Assembly: GCA_965279375.1 (NCBI GenBank)
Contig: OZ257156.1
Location: 2,784,001 to 2,848,000 of the forward strand
Direction: 5' to 3'
DNA from: Gemmatimonas sp.
Lineage (GTDB): Bacteria > Gemmatimonadota > Gemmatimonadetes > Gemmatimonadales > Gemmatimonadaceae
Length of the DNA: 64,000 nucleotides
The notes beneath the pieces were generated by a model that worked only from the letters and a program-made list of their open reading frames with translations, searched no databases and was not told where the DNA came from. The number at the start of each line of letters is the position of its first letter. Position 1 is the stretch's first letter. Of the stretch, positions 21,012 to 33,881 are shown piece by piece. Both the position numbers and the translations under genes were made by a program.

Positions 21012-21759
21012 CGAGCACGTCCACCAGTTCGCGCGCGACGTTGTCGCCTGTCAGTCGCAAGAAGATGTCTTCGAGCGCGTCGTCCTCACCCGTCGCGCCA
21101 CGCAGTTCGTGCATCGTGCCGCATGCTACCAGCTCTCCCCGCTGCATGATGCCGATCCGATCGCACATCCCTTCAGCGATCTCCAGCGTATGCGTCGACA
21201 TCATGACGGTGTGTCCGCGCCGCGTGTACTCGCGGAAGAGGTCTTTGAGAATCTTCGCCGACTTGGGGTCGAGCCCCACCATCGGTTCGTCCACCACGAT
21301 CACGGGCGGGCGATGCACGAAGGCGCTGGCGATGATCAGCTTCTGGCGCATGCCGTGGCTGTAGCTCTCCACCAGTTCGTCGCGCCATCCGTCCAAATCG
21401 AAGAGCGCGAGGAGCTCCATCCCACGGCGGTCCACATCGGCGCCATGCTCGCCGTACAGGCCAGCCGCAAAGCGCAGAAACTCCATCCCGGTCAGCTTCT
21501 CGTAGATGAACGGCCGGTCGGGGATGAAGCCCAGCGCACGCTTGGCCGACAGCGGGTCGGTCCGCAGGTCGTGGCCGGCGATCTTCACCGAGCCCGAGGT
21601 GGGCTGCAGGATTCCCGCGATCATACGCATCGTGGTCGTCTTTCCCGCGCCGTTGGGCCCGAGGAAACCGAACAGCTCGCCACCTGGGACGGTCAGGTCG
21701 AGGGAACGAACGGCCGTGAAGGAGCCGTATCGTTTGGAGAGAGAGGCGATCTCGATCAT
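21004..21759 (-). CDS. ABC transporter ATP-binding protein
   Basis: GPNGAGKTT, YSHGMRQK, VVDEP, STH. Confidence 0.93.
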   Translation of the reverse strand: MIEIASLSKRYGSFTAVRSLDLTVPGGELFGFLGPNGAGKTTTMRMIAGILQPTSGSVKIAGHDLRTDPLSAKRALGFIPDRPFIYEKLTGMEFLRFAAGLYGEHGADVDRRGMELLALFDLDGWRDELVESYSHGMRQKLIIASAFVHRPPVIVVDEPMVGLDPKSAKILKDLFREYTRRGHTVMMSTHTLEIAEGMCDRIGIMQRGELVACGTMHELRGATGEDDALEDIFLRLTGDNVARELVDVLDA

Positions 21760-21955
21760 CGTCGGCCGGCCGAAGGGCAGTGCAGCGTCGTTACACAGGC
21801 CAATAGCCTGCGGGCACGGGCGCGAGGTGCCGTGCAAGTCGAGACGATCCACCGCTGTACAGCCGTCACGCTTCCGGGCAATTCCTGCCCGGGGTGTGAC
21901 AGTTCGTTCCCGGTGGGGTTGAACAAATCCCGAAGGCCCCACAGCTTGCATCCCT

Positions 21956-24868
<2,913 letters not shown>

Positions 24869-24916
24869 TGCGATCGTAGGACGGGCGCGACGAGCGCCGA
24901 GCCTTAGATTTCCGCC

Positions 24917-25585
24917 ATGGTCTCCCTCCTCGATATCATCGGCCCCGTCATGGTTGGGCCGAGCTCCAGCCATACAGCTGGAGCATGCCGGCTTGGCTTG
25001 CTTGCGCGCTGCCTCGTGGGCGGCACGCCCGAGCGTGCAACGGTCGAACTGCATGGCTCCTTCGCGCGCACCGGCGAAGGGCACGGTACAGACAAGGCCA
25101 TCGTCGGTGGCCTGATGGGCTTTCGCCCCGACGATGAGCGGTTGCGCGTCGCGCTCGAAATCATGGAGAAGGAGGGACTCGACTACACCTTCGAGAAGAC
25201 CTCGCTCGGTGACGACATCCATCCCAACAGCGTGCGCATCACGCTCGAGCGTGGCGAACGTCGTTCGCAGATGGTTGGCGCCTCGCTTGGTGCGGGCCGC
25301 GTGCTCGTGTCGGAGATCGACGGCTACCCGGTGGAAATCTCGGGCAACCTGCACACGGTCGTACTCGTGGCGGGCGATGTGAAGGGTTCCATCGCGCGCA
25401 TCGCGGGCTTACTGGCCGACAACGATCTCAACATCGCGACGCTCAAGCTGTCGCGGAAAGAGCGTGGCGGCGACGCCTTCATGGTGATCGAAGTGGATGA
25501 ACAGCCTGGCGAACCGCTGCGCGATGCCATTCGTGCACTGCCGTGGGTCAAGTGGGCGTTCCGTCTCGACAAAGTGAGCGCCTGA
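24917..25585 (+). CDS. sdaAB: L-serine dehydratase beta subunit (with ACT domain)
   Basis: IIGPVMVGPSSSHTAGA, GHGTDKA, HPNSV. Confidence 0.93.
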   Translation: MVSLLDIIGPVMVGPSSSHTAGACRLGLLARCLVGGTPERATVELHGSFARTGEGHGTDKAIVGGLMGFRPDDERLRVALEIMEKEGLDYTFEKTSLGDDIHPNSVRITLERGERRSQMVGASLGAGRVLVSEIDGYPVEISGNLHTVVLVAGDVKGSIARIAGLLADNDLNIATLKLSRKERGGDAFMVIEVDEQPGEPLRDAIRALPWVKWAFRLDKVSA

Positions 25586-26466
25586 TGTACAAGAGCCTGG
25601 CCGAAGCCATCAAGGACGCCGAAGCGCGCGGCGTGGCGCTGTCTGTCGTGGCGCTCGAAACGGAAGCGCGCGATCAGGGTCGTCCCATCTCCGAGATCCG
25701 CGACGCGCTGCGTCGCGCGTTGGTCGTGATGCGAGAAGCCGTGGCGCGCGGGATGGTCGGCGACCTGTATTCCAGTTCCGGCCTCGTGGGCGGTGACGCG
25801 GCCAAGCTGCGCACCGGCCCCGATGGTCCGCTCGCCGGCACTCCGTTTCGCGATGTGCTCGCGCGCGCGCTCGCCGTGCAGGAAGTGAATGCAGCGATGG
25901 GCGTGATCGTGGCCGCACCGACCGCGGGTGGCGCAGGCGTGCTACCCGCGGTGCTGACTGGACTCGCCGCGGCCCGCGGTATCGACGACGAGGCGCTCAT
26001 CTCCGCGCTCGCCACAGCGGGACTCATCGGAGCGGTGGTGGCCGAGCGTGCCTCGCTCTCTGGCGCGGAAGGTGGCTGTCAGGCGGAAACCGGTGCCGCG
26101 GCGGGCATGGCAGCTGGTGCCGCTGTGGAAATGCTCGGCGGCTCGCCGCGGCAGGTTGGCCACGCGACCGCGCTCGCGCAGCAAGGGACACTCGGACTCG
26201 TCTGCGATCCTCTGGGCGGCCTCGTCGAGCTGCCCTGCGTGTTCCGCAACGCGACTGGCGCGGCCATTGCGCTGGCCGCGATCGAAATGGCCATGGCCGG
26301 CATCGAGTTCGCCATTCCGGCCGACGAAGTCATCGACACGATGGGCGAGATCGGTGAGGCGATGGACGTGCGCTATCGCGAAACCGCCGGCGGTGGATTG
26401 GCCGCGACGCCAACCGGAAGACGTCTCGCGCGCGAGCGTCTGTACGAGTTGAAGCGCAAGGAGTGA
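25585..26466 (+). CDS. sdaAA: L-serine dehydratase alpha subunit
   Basis: APTAGGAG, GAEGGCQAE, GLVCDP, ELPCVFRN, RETA.GGLA; TGATG coupling. Confidence 0.93.
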   Translation: MYKSLAEAIKDAEARGVALSVVALETEARDQGRPISEIRDALRRALVVMREAVARGMVGDLYSSSGLVGGDAAKLRTGPDGPLAGTPFRDVLARALAVQEVNAAMGVIVAAPTAGGAGVLPAVLTGLAAARGIDDEALISALATAGLIGAVVAERASLSGAEGGCQAETGAAAGMAAGAAVEMLGGSPRQVGHATALAQQGTLGLVCDPLGGLVELPCVFRNATGAAIALAAIEMAMAGIEFAIPADEVIDTMGEIGEAMDVRYRETAGGGLAATPTGRRLARERLYELKRKE

Positions 26467-27407
26467 CTGCGCTCCGTTTGCGTGCACGCCACGTCGCGCG
26501 ATACGCCGCGCGCTGCGCCGCACTGCTGTCGTTGCTCGCCTGCGGAACGTCGAATGCGGGAGCTGATCTCGTCGTCGTCTCGCTGCGTGATCCTTCGGCA
26601 CTCGGCGCGCTCGGGGATCGTCAGCTGACCGAGGCATCAGGCGTCGTCCGCAGCGATCAGCATCCCGGCATCTTCTGGTCGCAGAACGACAGCGGCAACG
26701 ATGCGGTGCTCTTCGCCTACGACAGCGCAGGTGTCTCGCGCGGCGCAACTCGCGTTCTTGGCGCGATCAATCGTGACTGGGAGGCGCTGGCGAGTGGACC
26801 GTGCACCGAAGGCACGTGTCTCTACGTCGGTGATGTGGGAGACAATCGTGCGCGGCGTGACGACCTCGCCATCTGGCGCATCGTGGAGCCGGCCCCCGGC
26901 GACTCGCTGAGCGCCCGCGCGACGGCTCTGCGGTTGCGCTACAGCGATGGCCCGCGCGACGTGGAGGCGATGTGGGTTGGCCCCGACACAACGCTCTGGC
27001 TTCTCACCAAGCGGCCGATGTTCGCTCCGGGCGGCCAGCTGCGTCGCGCGCAGCTCTATCGTGTGTCGGCGAGCGCGTGGGCCGCCAGCGGCGTGCAGGT
27101 TGCAACGCTGACCGATTCGCTGCCCATCATCCCGCGCACCACCGACGACGGCAGTTGGATAACCGATGCAGCCCTGTCACCACCGGACAGCAGCGGGGCG
27201 CGTCGCGTCGCCATTCGCACCTATCAGTCCGTCTTCGTCTTTGCCGCGGATGCGCGCACCGGTCGGCCGGGAGCACTGCTGGCCACATGCAGCCTCGTCG
27301 CCCTCAACGAGCGTCACGGTGAGGGGCTGACGTGGCTCACCGACGGTCGACTGCTGTTCAACGCGGAAGGGCGCGGCGCCCGACTGCAGGCCGGACGCTG
27401 TCCCTGA
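26463..27407 (+). CDS. Lipoprotein, beta-propeller-like (NDSG/DWE/GDVGDN family)
   Basis: Lipobox LLAC; EASG, NDSG, DWEA, GDVGDN, DVEA motifs. Confidence 0.7.
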   Translation: MTALRLRARHVARYAARCAALLSLLACGTSNAGADLVVVSLRDPSALGALGDRQLTEASGVVRSDQHPGIFWSQNDSGNDAVLFAYDSAGVSRGATRVLGAINRDWEALASGPCTEGTCLYVGDVGDNRARRDDLAIWRIVEPAPGDSLSARATALRLRYSDGPRDVEAMWVGPDTTLWLLTKRPMFAPGGQLRRAQLYRVSASAWAASGVQVATLTDSLPIIPRTTDDGSWITDAALSPPDSSGARRVAIRTYQSVFVFAADARTGRPGALLATCSLVALNERHGEGLTWLTDGRLLFNAEGRGARLQAGRCP

Positions 27408-27588
27408 GGCGCGGGAGCGCCCGCACTGTCACAGTGGCGGGCCTTGGCTGCGCGCTGTCCCCACGGCCCGTGGCCGAGCGGACCGCTCACGCGTAGCTTG
27501 TGGGAAGCAGGCGCCGTCTCGATCGGACGAAACGCATCCGATCGTCCCGCCGTACGGAGCTTCGACTGAACCCAACAGGAATCACACT

Positions 27589-27993
27589 ATGGTTACTCGT
27601 GAAGACGTCGAAGCCTTCCTCGATCGCCTCGGCACCGATGGCGCAACGCACTCCGAGGTCGAACCCGGCCTTTGGATCGTTCGCCCCAGTGGTCCCCTCG
27701 ATTTTGACGTGGTCATCACCCACAATCCGCCCGTGTTGCTGCTTCGGGTGAAAGTGATGCCCGTGCCGGCCGATGCCGCGGAGGTCGCAGCGCTCAGCCG
27801 CCGCCTCCTCGAGCTCAACGCCACCGATCTACTGCATGGCTCCTACGGCATCGATGCCGACGCCATCGTCCTCACCGAGGCGCTCGAGTTGGCGCATCTC
27901 GACTACGAGGAGTTCCTCGCTTCCTACGAAAGCCTGACGCTTTCGCTGACCACGCACATGCGCGAGTTGGCCGCCTTCCGAGAGGTTCGCTGA
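27589..27993 (+). CDS. CesT/YbjN-like chaperone-fold protein
   Basis: Acidic 134 aa protein, LLELNA.DL.HG.YG; adjacent to pspA. Confidence 0.7.
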   Translation: MVTREDVEAFLDRLGTDGATHSEVEPGLWIVRPSGPLDFDVVITHNPPVLLLRVKVMPVPADAAEVAALSRRLLELNATDLLHGSYGIDADAIVLTEALELAHLDYEEFLASYESLTLSLTTHMRELAAFREVR

Positions 27994-27996
27994 ACC

Positions 27997-28854
27997 ATGG
28001 GCATCTTTGACCGTTTCTCGACGCTGATCAAGTCGAATCTCAACGACCTCATCTCCTCGGCGGAAAACCCCGAGAAGATGCTGAATCAGATCATCGTCGA
28101 CATGCGCAACCAGCTCGCCAAGGCCAAGCAGCAAGTGGCCGCGACGATCGCCGACGAAAAGCGCCTCAAGGATCAGGCGGACGCGGAGTTCAAGCTCGCC
28201 GACGATTGGGACAAGCGCGCGATGCTCGCCGTGCAGGAGGGGCGCGACGACCTCGCCAAGCAGGCACTGCTCCGCGGCCAGGAACATCTCGAGCACGGCC
28301 AGCAGCTCGCGATGACGTGGGAAACGCACAAGATGGAAGCGGAGAAGCTCAAGCAGTCGCTCCGTGACCTGAACGACAAGATCGAAGAAGCCAAGCGCAA
28401 GAAGAATCTGTTGCTCGCGCGGCAGCGTCGCGCCGAAGCGCAGGCGCGCATCTCGCAGACCATGTCCGGCCTCTCGGACAACTCGGCGTTCGATGCCTTC
28501 TCGCGCATGGAAGAGAAGATCACGACGAACGAACGGCAGCTTCAGGCCGCGCAGGAGATCGACGAGGAGTTCAGCGGCGATCGTCTCGCCGGCGAATTCA
28601 AGCAGCTCGAGCGCTCGGCGGGCGGCGCCAATGCCGACTCGCAGCTGTTGCAACTCAAGCAGCGCATGGGCATGTTGCCCGCGGCTGCTCCGGCAGCGTC
28701 GCGTCAGCTTGCCGCCGGTGCGGCGGCCGCCGAGGCGGCTCCTGCGGCCGCGCCGGCACAGCTCTCGGCCGGCGCGAAGGAAGAGGCCAAGACGGCCGAA
28801 GTCGATCTCATCGCCGAGATCGAAGGATTGCGCGAACCCAAGCCCCGATCGTAG
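27997..28854 (+). CDS. pspA: PspA/IM30 (ESCRT-III-like) protein
   Basis: MGIFDRFSTLIKSNLN...AENPEKML, coiled coil, FSRMEEKI. Confidence 0.92.
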   Translation: MGIFDRFSTLIKSNLNDLISSAENPEKMLNQIIVDMRNQLAKAKQQVAATIADEKRLKDQADAEFKLADDWDKRAMLAVQEGRDDLAKQALLRGQEHLEHGQQLAMTWETHKMEAEKLKQSLRDLNDKIEEAKRKKNLLLARQRRAEAQARISQTMSGLSDNSAFDAFSRMEEKITTNERQLQAAQEIDEEFSGDRLAGEFKQLERSAGGANADSQLLQLKQRMGMLPAAAPAASRQLAAGAAAAEAAPAAAPAQLSAGAKEEAKTAEVDLIAEIEGLREPKPRS

Positions 28855-29909
28855 TGGCCCACGCACGTCGATTTCTGATCCTCGCCGAAGGCAACTTCGG
28901 CCCGCTGACATCGAAGACAGCCAACGCCTGCATTCGATATTCCGAGTCTGAAGTCGTCGTCGTGCTCGACAGCGTCTCTGCCGGCAAGACCGCGCAGGAT
29001 GTGTTGGGGTTCGGTGGCGCCATTCCGGTGGTGGCCACTTACGCCGAAGCGATGTCGCATCAGCCGAACGCGCTGCTGATCGGCATCGCACCGGCGGGCG
29101 GGCAGTTTCCGGCCGCGTGGCGCACCATAGTGTGCGACGCGCTGCGCGCTGGACTCGATCTCTGGAGCGGCTTGCACACCATGCTCGGTGACGACGCAGA
29201 GTTCGCGTCGCTTGCCGCGGCATCCGGCGCAACGATTCGCGATTTGCGTCGCGCGCCGGCCGATCTCGACGTGTCGTACGGCCGCGTGCGCGATGTGTCG
29301 TCCACCGTCATCCTGACCGTGGGCACCGATTGCAACATCGGCAAGATGACGACGCAGCTGCAGGTGCAGGATGCAGTCCGCGCGCTCGGACATCGTGTCA
29401 GCTTTGCCGCGACCGGACAAACGGGCATCCTCATCGAAGGACGTGGCATCGCTGTCGATGCCGTCGTCGCCGACTTCATCGCCGGTGCCGCCGAACGACT
29501 CACGATCGAGGCCGCGCAGGACGCCGACATCGTGCTCGTGGAAGGGCAGGGGTCGCTCATCCACCCCGCGTACTCGGGCGTCACGCTCGGACTCATTCAT
29601 GGCTCGCTGCCGCATGCGATGGTGTTGTGCGCGCAGCCGTCGCGAAAGACGGTGCACCGCAATCCGTGGGTGCCGATTCCGTCGCTGACGGAGATGGTGG
29701 CGTTGTACGAACAGTCCATCAAGCATCTGCGTCCGTCGCCGGTCATCGCCATCGCGCTGAACACGTTCGATCTCTCCGACGACGAAGCGCGCGCTGCGGT
29801 GGACGCGGTGCAGGCGGAGACCGGGCTTCCAGCAACCGATCCGGTGCGCTTCGATCCGGCGCCCATCGCACAGGCAATCAGCGCGTTCCACAACAGCCGC
29901 TCGCGATAG
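28854..29909 (+). CDS. DUF1611 family P-loop protein (DgcN-like)
   Basis: KTA, SGLH, VGTDCNIGKMTT, ATGQTG, EGQGSL.HP. Confidence 0.85.
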   Translation: MAHARRFLILAEGNFGPLTSKTANACIRYSESEVVVVLDSVSAGKTAQDVLGFGGAIPVVATYAEAMSHQPNALLIGIAPAGGQFPAAWRTIVCDALRAGLDLWSGLHTMLGDDAEFASLAAASGATIRDLRRAPADLDVSYGRVRDVSSTVILTVGTDCNIGKMTTQLQVQDAVRALGHRVSFAATGQTGILIEGRGIAVDAVVADFIAGAAERLTIEAAQDADIVLVEGQGSLIHPAYSGVTLGLIHGSLPHAMVLCAQPSRKTVHRNPWVPIPSLTEMVALYEQSIKHLRPSPVIAIALNTFDLSDDEARAAVDAVQAETGLPATDPVRFDPAPIAQAISAFHNSRSR

Positions 29910-30010
29910 CAGCCGCCAGCGCGCTGCCGTGCATCGGTGTGCGTGATTTCGATGCGGTAGCGAATGAATCGGTAACGATATAGGCGCGCAGGACGGTCAT
30001 CGTACCGTCC

Positions 30011-30919
30011 ATGCGCCATCATCCTCCCAACCAACGCCTCGGGCGGCATACTCGAGGCCACGTGCTACTCTCCGTCCGCGATGCCCGGGCGGAGATCGCC
30101 GCCGGGCTAGGCAACGCGCTCTGTCTGGTACGCACGCTCGACGGCGTCTCGTGCGACGTGCACGCCGGGGAGCTGCTGTTGCTCGCCGGCCGACCAGGAA
30201 GCGGCGCCGCCGCGCTACTGCGCGTGCTGCATGGAGCGCCGATACGCGGACAGGTGTGGCGCGGAGTACGGTCTGGCGCGCAGGTACGTCGCGGTGTGGT
30301 CCCGCCGTTCGCGCGCGATGCGATCATCGCCGGATGGGACGCTGCGCACCTCGCATCACCCGCCGGCTCAGTCGCGCGCGCTCCCGCGGTCTACCTGCTC
30401 AGGGTGCGCGAGTCTGCACAACCGAGTGCGAGTGCGATGATCTCTGCGTCGCCGTCGGTCATCGACTCGTGGCGTCGCTGGGCCACGCATTTGCGCTGGA
30501 GCGGTGGCGCCGTTGTGCTTCAGGGAAGCTCGCCTCCTGACCCCGACGCGCGCGCGGAGACAAAAAAACAGCGCGCCTCGAATCGAAGCGCGCTGCCAGA
30601 GACGGGTCAGGTGCGAGAGGTGTCCCGCGCCGATGATTCAGCCATTCGTACGATCACGCTGTACGCAGGCCGGATCGTCAGCGCTGTCCCAGGCTCTCAC
30701 CAGACGTCGACGGACGGAACGTGCGGAGCTCCGTCGCATACGGCTTCTTGTCCATGCTCCACAGCGTCGCCTGAATCATGGCGTTCCGAATACGACGGAC
30801 GTTGCGCGCGGGGAGTGGGTTCTGACGAGCGCTCACGATCGCCGGCTCGGGGTGCGCCGCTTCCTTCGCATACACCTGGCTGTACTCGTACTTCTCGATG
30901 CCGTCCACCTTCTTCATGA
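30011..30919 (+). CDS. Degenerate ABC-ATPase-like protein
   Basis: LDGVSCDVHAGELLLLAGRPGSGAAA (Walker A without KS/T) and a late L.AGRIV motif; no Walker B. Confidence 0.45.
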   Translation: MRHHPPNQRLGRHTRGHVLLSVRDARAEIAAGLGNALCLVRTLDGVSCDVHAGELLLLAGRPGSGAAALLRVLHGAPIRGQVWRGVRSGAQVRRGVVPPFARDAIIAGWDAAHLASPAGSVARAPAVYLLRVRESAQPSASAMISASPSVIDSWRRWATHLRWSGGAVVLQGSSPPDPDARAETKKQRASNRSALPETGQVREVSRADDSAIRTITLYAGRIVSAVPGSHQTSTDGTCGAPSHTASCPCSTASPESWRSEYDGRCARGVGSDERSRSPARGAPLPSHTPGCTRTSRCRPPSS

Positions 30920-31250
30920 TGAACACTCGGCCCACGACCGGCTGCCCATTGATCAGCGTCTGACCCGTCGCCGGGTCAACTGGCCATGCGTCAGCAACCG
31001 GTACCGGCGCCGGGGCCGGAGCCATCACCGCAGCTGCGGGCACTGCGGGCGAGGCAGCAGCCATCGAGTCGATGGCGTCCACGATCGTCGGCAGGGTGTC
31101 GGTCTGAGCCGTAGTGGCGGCGGGCGGTGCCGCGGGAGGCTCTTGCGTGGACTGCGAACGCGCTGCCATCGCGATCACGGCGAGGGCGGCAACGCCGAGC
31201 GACAGGGCGGCGCGCGAGTACAACGGCGAACGATCGGAGCGAGGGCTCAT
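30678..31250 (-). CDS. Secreted/membrane-anchored hypothetical protein
   Basis: Hydrophobic N-terminal segment, Pro/Ala-rich linker, good codon usage. Confidence 0.65.
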   Translation of the reverse strand: MSPRSDRSPLYSRAALSLGVAALAVIAMAARSQSTQEPPAAPPAATTAQTDTLPTIVDAIDSMAAASPAVPAAAVMAPAPAPVPVADAWPVDPATGQTLINGQPVVGRVFIMKKVDGIEKYEYSQVYAKEAAHPEPAIVSARQNPLPARNVRRIRNAMIQATLWSMDKKPYATELRTFRPSTSGESLGQR

Positions 31251-31431
31251 GGGCGATCCAGAAGTGTTGAAGGTGCCGAACGTCTGACAAACGACGGACC
31301 TGTCCAATAGGCAGCTTTTTGAACGAATTCGCAATACGTATTCCCCCCGCGATGCGCTCTCGACCTGATACATTCAAGCGGTCACGCCGCGTCTGAGTGC
31401 CCGGCGCCATCACCAGTCATCCTTCCCGCGT

Positions 31432-32838
31432 ATGCCCGAGTTTCGTCTGTACAATACGCTCACGCGTCGCGTCGAGCCGTTTGCGCCCGCCGATGGACAC
31501 ACCGTGCGCATGTACACTTGTGGACCGACGGTCTACAACCCGGCGCATCTGGGCAACTTCCGCACGTTCCTCTTCGAGGACTTGATGCGGCGCGCGTTTC
31601 GGCTCGCCGGCTGGCAGGTGGAGCAGGTGATGAATCTGACGGACGTGGACGACAAGATCATTCGGAAGGCGGCCGCGACGAACGTCAGCATCACCGCCGT
31701 CACCGAGCCGTTCACGGAGCTCTTTCATCGCGATCGGCGCTACCTGCGCATCGAAGACGCGGAGATCTATCCCAAGGCGACGGAGCACATTCCGGAGATG
31801 ATCGCGCTCGTCGAGCGGTTGATCGCCAACGGTGTGGCCTACGTGGCGGAGGATGGTTCGATCTACTTCGCGATCGATCGCTTTCCGACGTATGGCCAGC
31901 TCTCGCAGCTCGACAAGCGCGAGGTGCGTGCGGGCGCGCGCGTCGCGCAGGACGAGTACGCCAAGGAGAATGCGCAGGACTTCGCGCTCTGGAAGGCGGC
32001 CAAGGACGAAGACGAGGCCACCGGTGCCGCCTGGGATTCGCCCTGGGGCCGCGGGCGCCCCGGCTGGCACCTCGAGTGCTCGGCGATGGCGATGAAGTAT
32101 CTGGGCGAGACGTTCGACCTACATGCCGGTGGAATCGACTTGATCTTCCCGCATCACGAGGACGAGATCGCGCAGTCCGAAGCGGCGACCGGGAAGACCT
32201 TCGCGCGTTGCTGGTGCCACGGAGAGTTCCTGCTGACCGACGGCGCCAAGATGGCCAAACGTGTCGGCAACGTCGCCAACGTGGTGGAACTGCGTGAGCA
32301 GGGGATTTCCGGCACCGCCTATCGTCACTTCGTGTTCAACGCGCACTATCGCAAGCAGCTCAACTTGGGCGAAGACTCGCTTGAGCAGTCGCGCGCGGCC
32401 GTGCGTCGCATCGGGACGTTTGCGGAGCGGCTCGGGCAGGCCACCGGCGGTAACGCCGCACTCGCCGACGCGGCGACACGCGCTGAGCAGGCGTTTCTGG
32501 CGGCGTTGTTCGACGACCTGAACGCACCCGAGGCGATGGCGGCGCTGTTCACGTTCATTACCGAGGCCAACCGTGAGTTGGACGCCGGAGGAACGGATCA
32601 CGCCGCGCTGGAGCGCGCGCGCGCCGCATTCCGCCTGATGGATGGCGTGCTCGACCTCGTGCCGGAGCAGGAGACGGACGAAGCGCTGGCGATGTGGGTG
32701 GAAGAGCGTCTCGAGGCGCGCCGTGCGGCCCGGGCGCGGCGTGACTTTGCCGCGGCCGACGCCGTCCGTGATGAACTGGTGGCCCGCGGCGTGACGATCG
32801 AGGACTCCGCACAGGGAACGCGCTGGCGCCGCGCTTGA
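31432..32838 (+). CDS. cysS: Cysteine--tRNA ligase
   Basis: CGPTVY, HLGN, DFALWK, GRPGWHLECS, DLIFPHHE, KMAKR. Confidence 0.97.
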   Translation: MPEFRLYNTLTRRVEPFAPADGHTVRMYTCGPTVYNPAHLGNFRTFLFEDLMRRAFRLAGWQVEQVMNLTDVDDKIIRKAAATNVSITAVTEPFTELFHRDRRYLRIEDAEIYPKATEHIPEMIALVERLIANGVAYVAEDGSIYFAIDRFPTYGQLSQLDKREVRAGARVAQDEYAKENAQDFALWKAAKDEDEATGAAWDSPWGRGRPGWHLECSAMAMKYLGETFDLHAGGIDLIFPHHEDEIAQSEAATGKTFARCWCHGEFLLTDGAKMAKRVGNVANVVELREQGISGTAYRHFVFNAHYRKQLNLGEDSLEQSRAAVRRIGTFAERLGQATGGNAALADAATRAEQAFLAALFDDLNAPEAMAALFTFITEANRELDAGGTDHAALERARAAFRLMDGVLDLVPEQETDEALAMWVEERLEARRAARARRDFAAADAVRDELVARGVTIEDSAQGTRWRRA

Positions 32839-32898
32839 TTCCGCTCGTGGCTGGGTTTAATCTGCGGGTCTGTCCGGGGCGAGCTTTTCCGTCGCCTT

Positions 32899-32971
32899 GC
32901 TGACGTAGCTCAGTTGGTAGAGCAGCTGATTTGTAATCAGCAGGTCGTCGGTTCAATCCCGACCGTCAGCT
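32899..32971 (+). tRNA. tRNA-Thr(TGT)
   Basis: Cloverleaf; acceptor GCTGACG/CGTCAGC, anticodon loop TTTGTAA, GGTTCAATC; CCA not encoded. Confidence 0.96.
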
Positions 32972-33019
32972 CTTCCAGGCCTGGTTGTGGCACTGGCGAC
33001 GGTGTCGCGGCTGGAGATT

Positions 33020-33102
33020 GGTGGGATACTCAAGTGGCCAACGAGATCAGACTGTAAATCTGACGGCTAACGCCTTCGAAGGTTCGAATCCTTCTCCCAC
33101 CA
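33020..33102 (+). tRNA. tRNA-Tyr(GTA)
   Basis: Acceptor GGTGGGA/TCCCACC, loop CTGTAAA, long variable arm, GGTTCGAATCC. Confidence 0.96.
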
Positions 33103-33129
33103 CTGCAGGTGTTCGTTGTTGTGTACCAC

Positions 33130-33202
33130 GCGGGAGTAGCTCAGTTGGTAGAGCGCTAGCCTTCCAAGCTTGATGTCGCGGGTTCGAGCCCCGTCTCCCG
33201 CT
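33130..33202 (+). tRNA. tRNA-Gly(TCC)
   Basis: Acceptor GCGGGAG/CTCCCGC, loop CTTCCAA, GGTTCGAG. Confidence 0.96.
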
Positions 33203-33218
33203 CTCGAATGCACAAATC

Positions 33219-33250
33219 AAAAGCCGGCCTCGTAAGTGGGGCCGGCTTTT
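33219..33250 (+). terminator. Intrinsic (likely bidirectional) terminator
   Basis: AAAAGCCGGCCTC-GTAAGT-GGGGCCGGCTTTT. Confidence 0.85.
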
Positions 33251-33323
33251 GCGTGTCGAGATCGAAGGCGGTTCCCGTCGCCAGCCCGCGGGACTCAAGG
33301 CTTCAGGCCCGGCCTCGCCGCGG

Positions 33324-33881
33324 TTACCGCTTCTCGCTGCGTAGCTCGCCGGGCGGATTCCTGCGCTTCATCATCGCTTCGTGCATCGCTGCCATCCCGC
33401 GATTCACCAGGTCGGTTACCTCGGCCGCATGAGCTTGCAGCAGCGCCACCGTCGCTGAGTCGGTGGATGTCTCCGTCAGTTCGACGCCCTTCTCGGTCAC
33501 GACCGTCTGGCGCACGATGCGAAGTCCATTGCTGAGCACGCCGTGCAGCGCCGGCGTGGACATCGGCAGGTTCGGGTCGACGCCCTTCGTCACGAACGCA
33601 CCAGTCGACGCCACGTGCTCCTTGATCTGCCGAGCCATCGCTGGATCGTCTGATTCGGTGACGGTGCGAATGCCGTCGGGCAGGTTCACGACGGTGCGTC
33701 GCAGTTTGTCGTGGTTCATGACCAGTTCGTGGACGACGCGCATGATGTCTGCCGACGTCGAGTCACCGCGTCCGCGCATCATCATCCCGCCGCCCATCAT
33801 GCCGCCCTGCGCGGAGAGCGGAGCCGCCCACGTCGCTGCGAAGAGGGAGGCTGCGAAGACTGCCTTTATTAGATGTCGCAT
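33324..33881 (-). CDS. Secreted Met/His-rich protein, possible metal (Cu) binding
   Basis: Signal peptide ending PLSA-Q, GGMMGGGMMM, HELVMNH, KEHV, QAHA, MAAMHEAMM. Confidence 0.7.
   Translation of the reverse strand: MRHLIKAVFAASLFAATWAAPLSAQGGMMGGGMMMRGRGDSTSADIMRVVHELVMNHDKLRRTVVNLPDGIRTVTESDDPAMARQIKEHVASTGAFVTKGVDPNLPMSTPALHGVLSNGLRIVRQTVVTEKGVELTETSTDSATVALLQAHAAEVTDLVNRGMAAMHEAMMKRRNPPGELRSEKR

Noticed and set aside
21895..21930. LexA box upstream of uvrA (GTTC/GAAC words)
   Set aside because: Spacing fits neither GAAC-N4-GTTC nor GTTC-N7-GTTC, and I do not know the lineage motif
32248..32270. CysS KMAKR instead of KMSKS
   Set aside because: Both lysines are retained; within plausible natural variation of class I synthetases
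33156..33172. U-U mismatch in the tRNA-Gly anticodon stem suggesting a pseudo-tRNA
   Set aside because: Single mismatch with all other arms intact; tolerated in functional tRNAs
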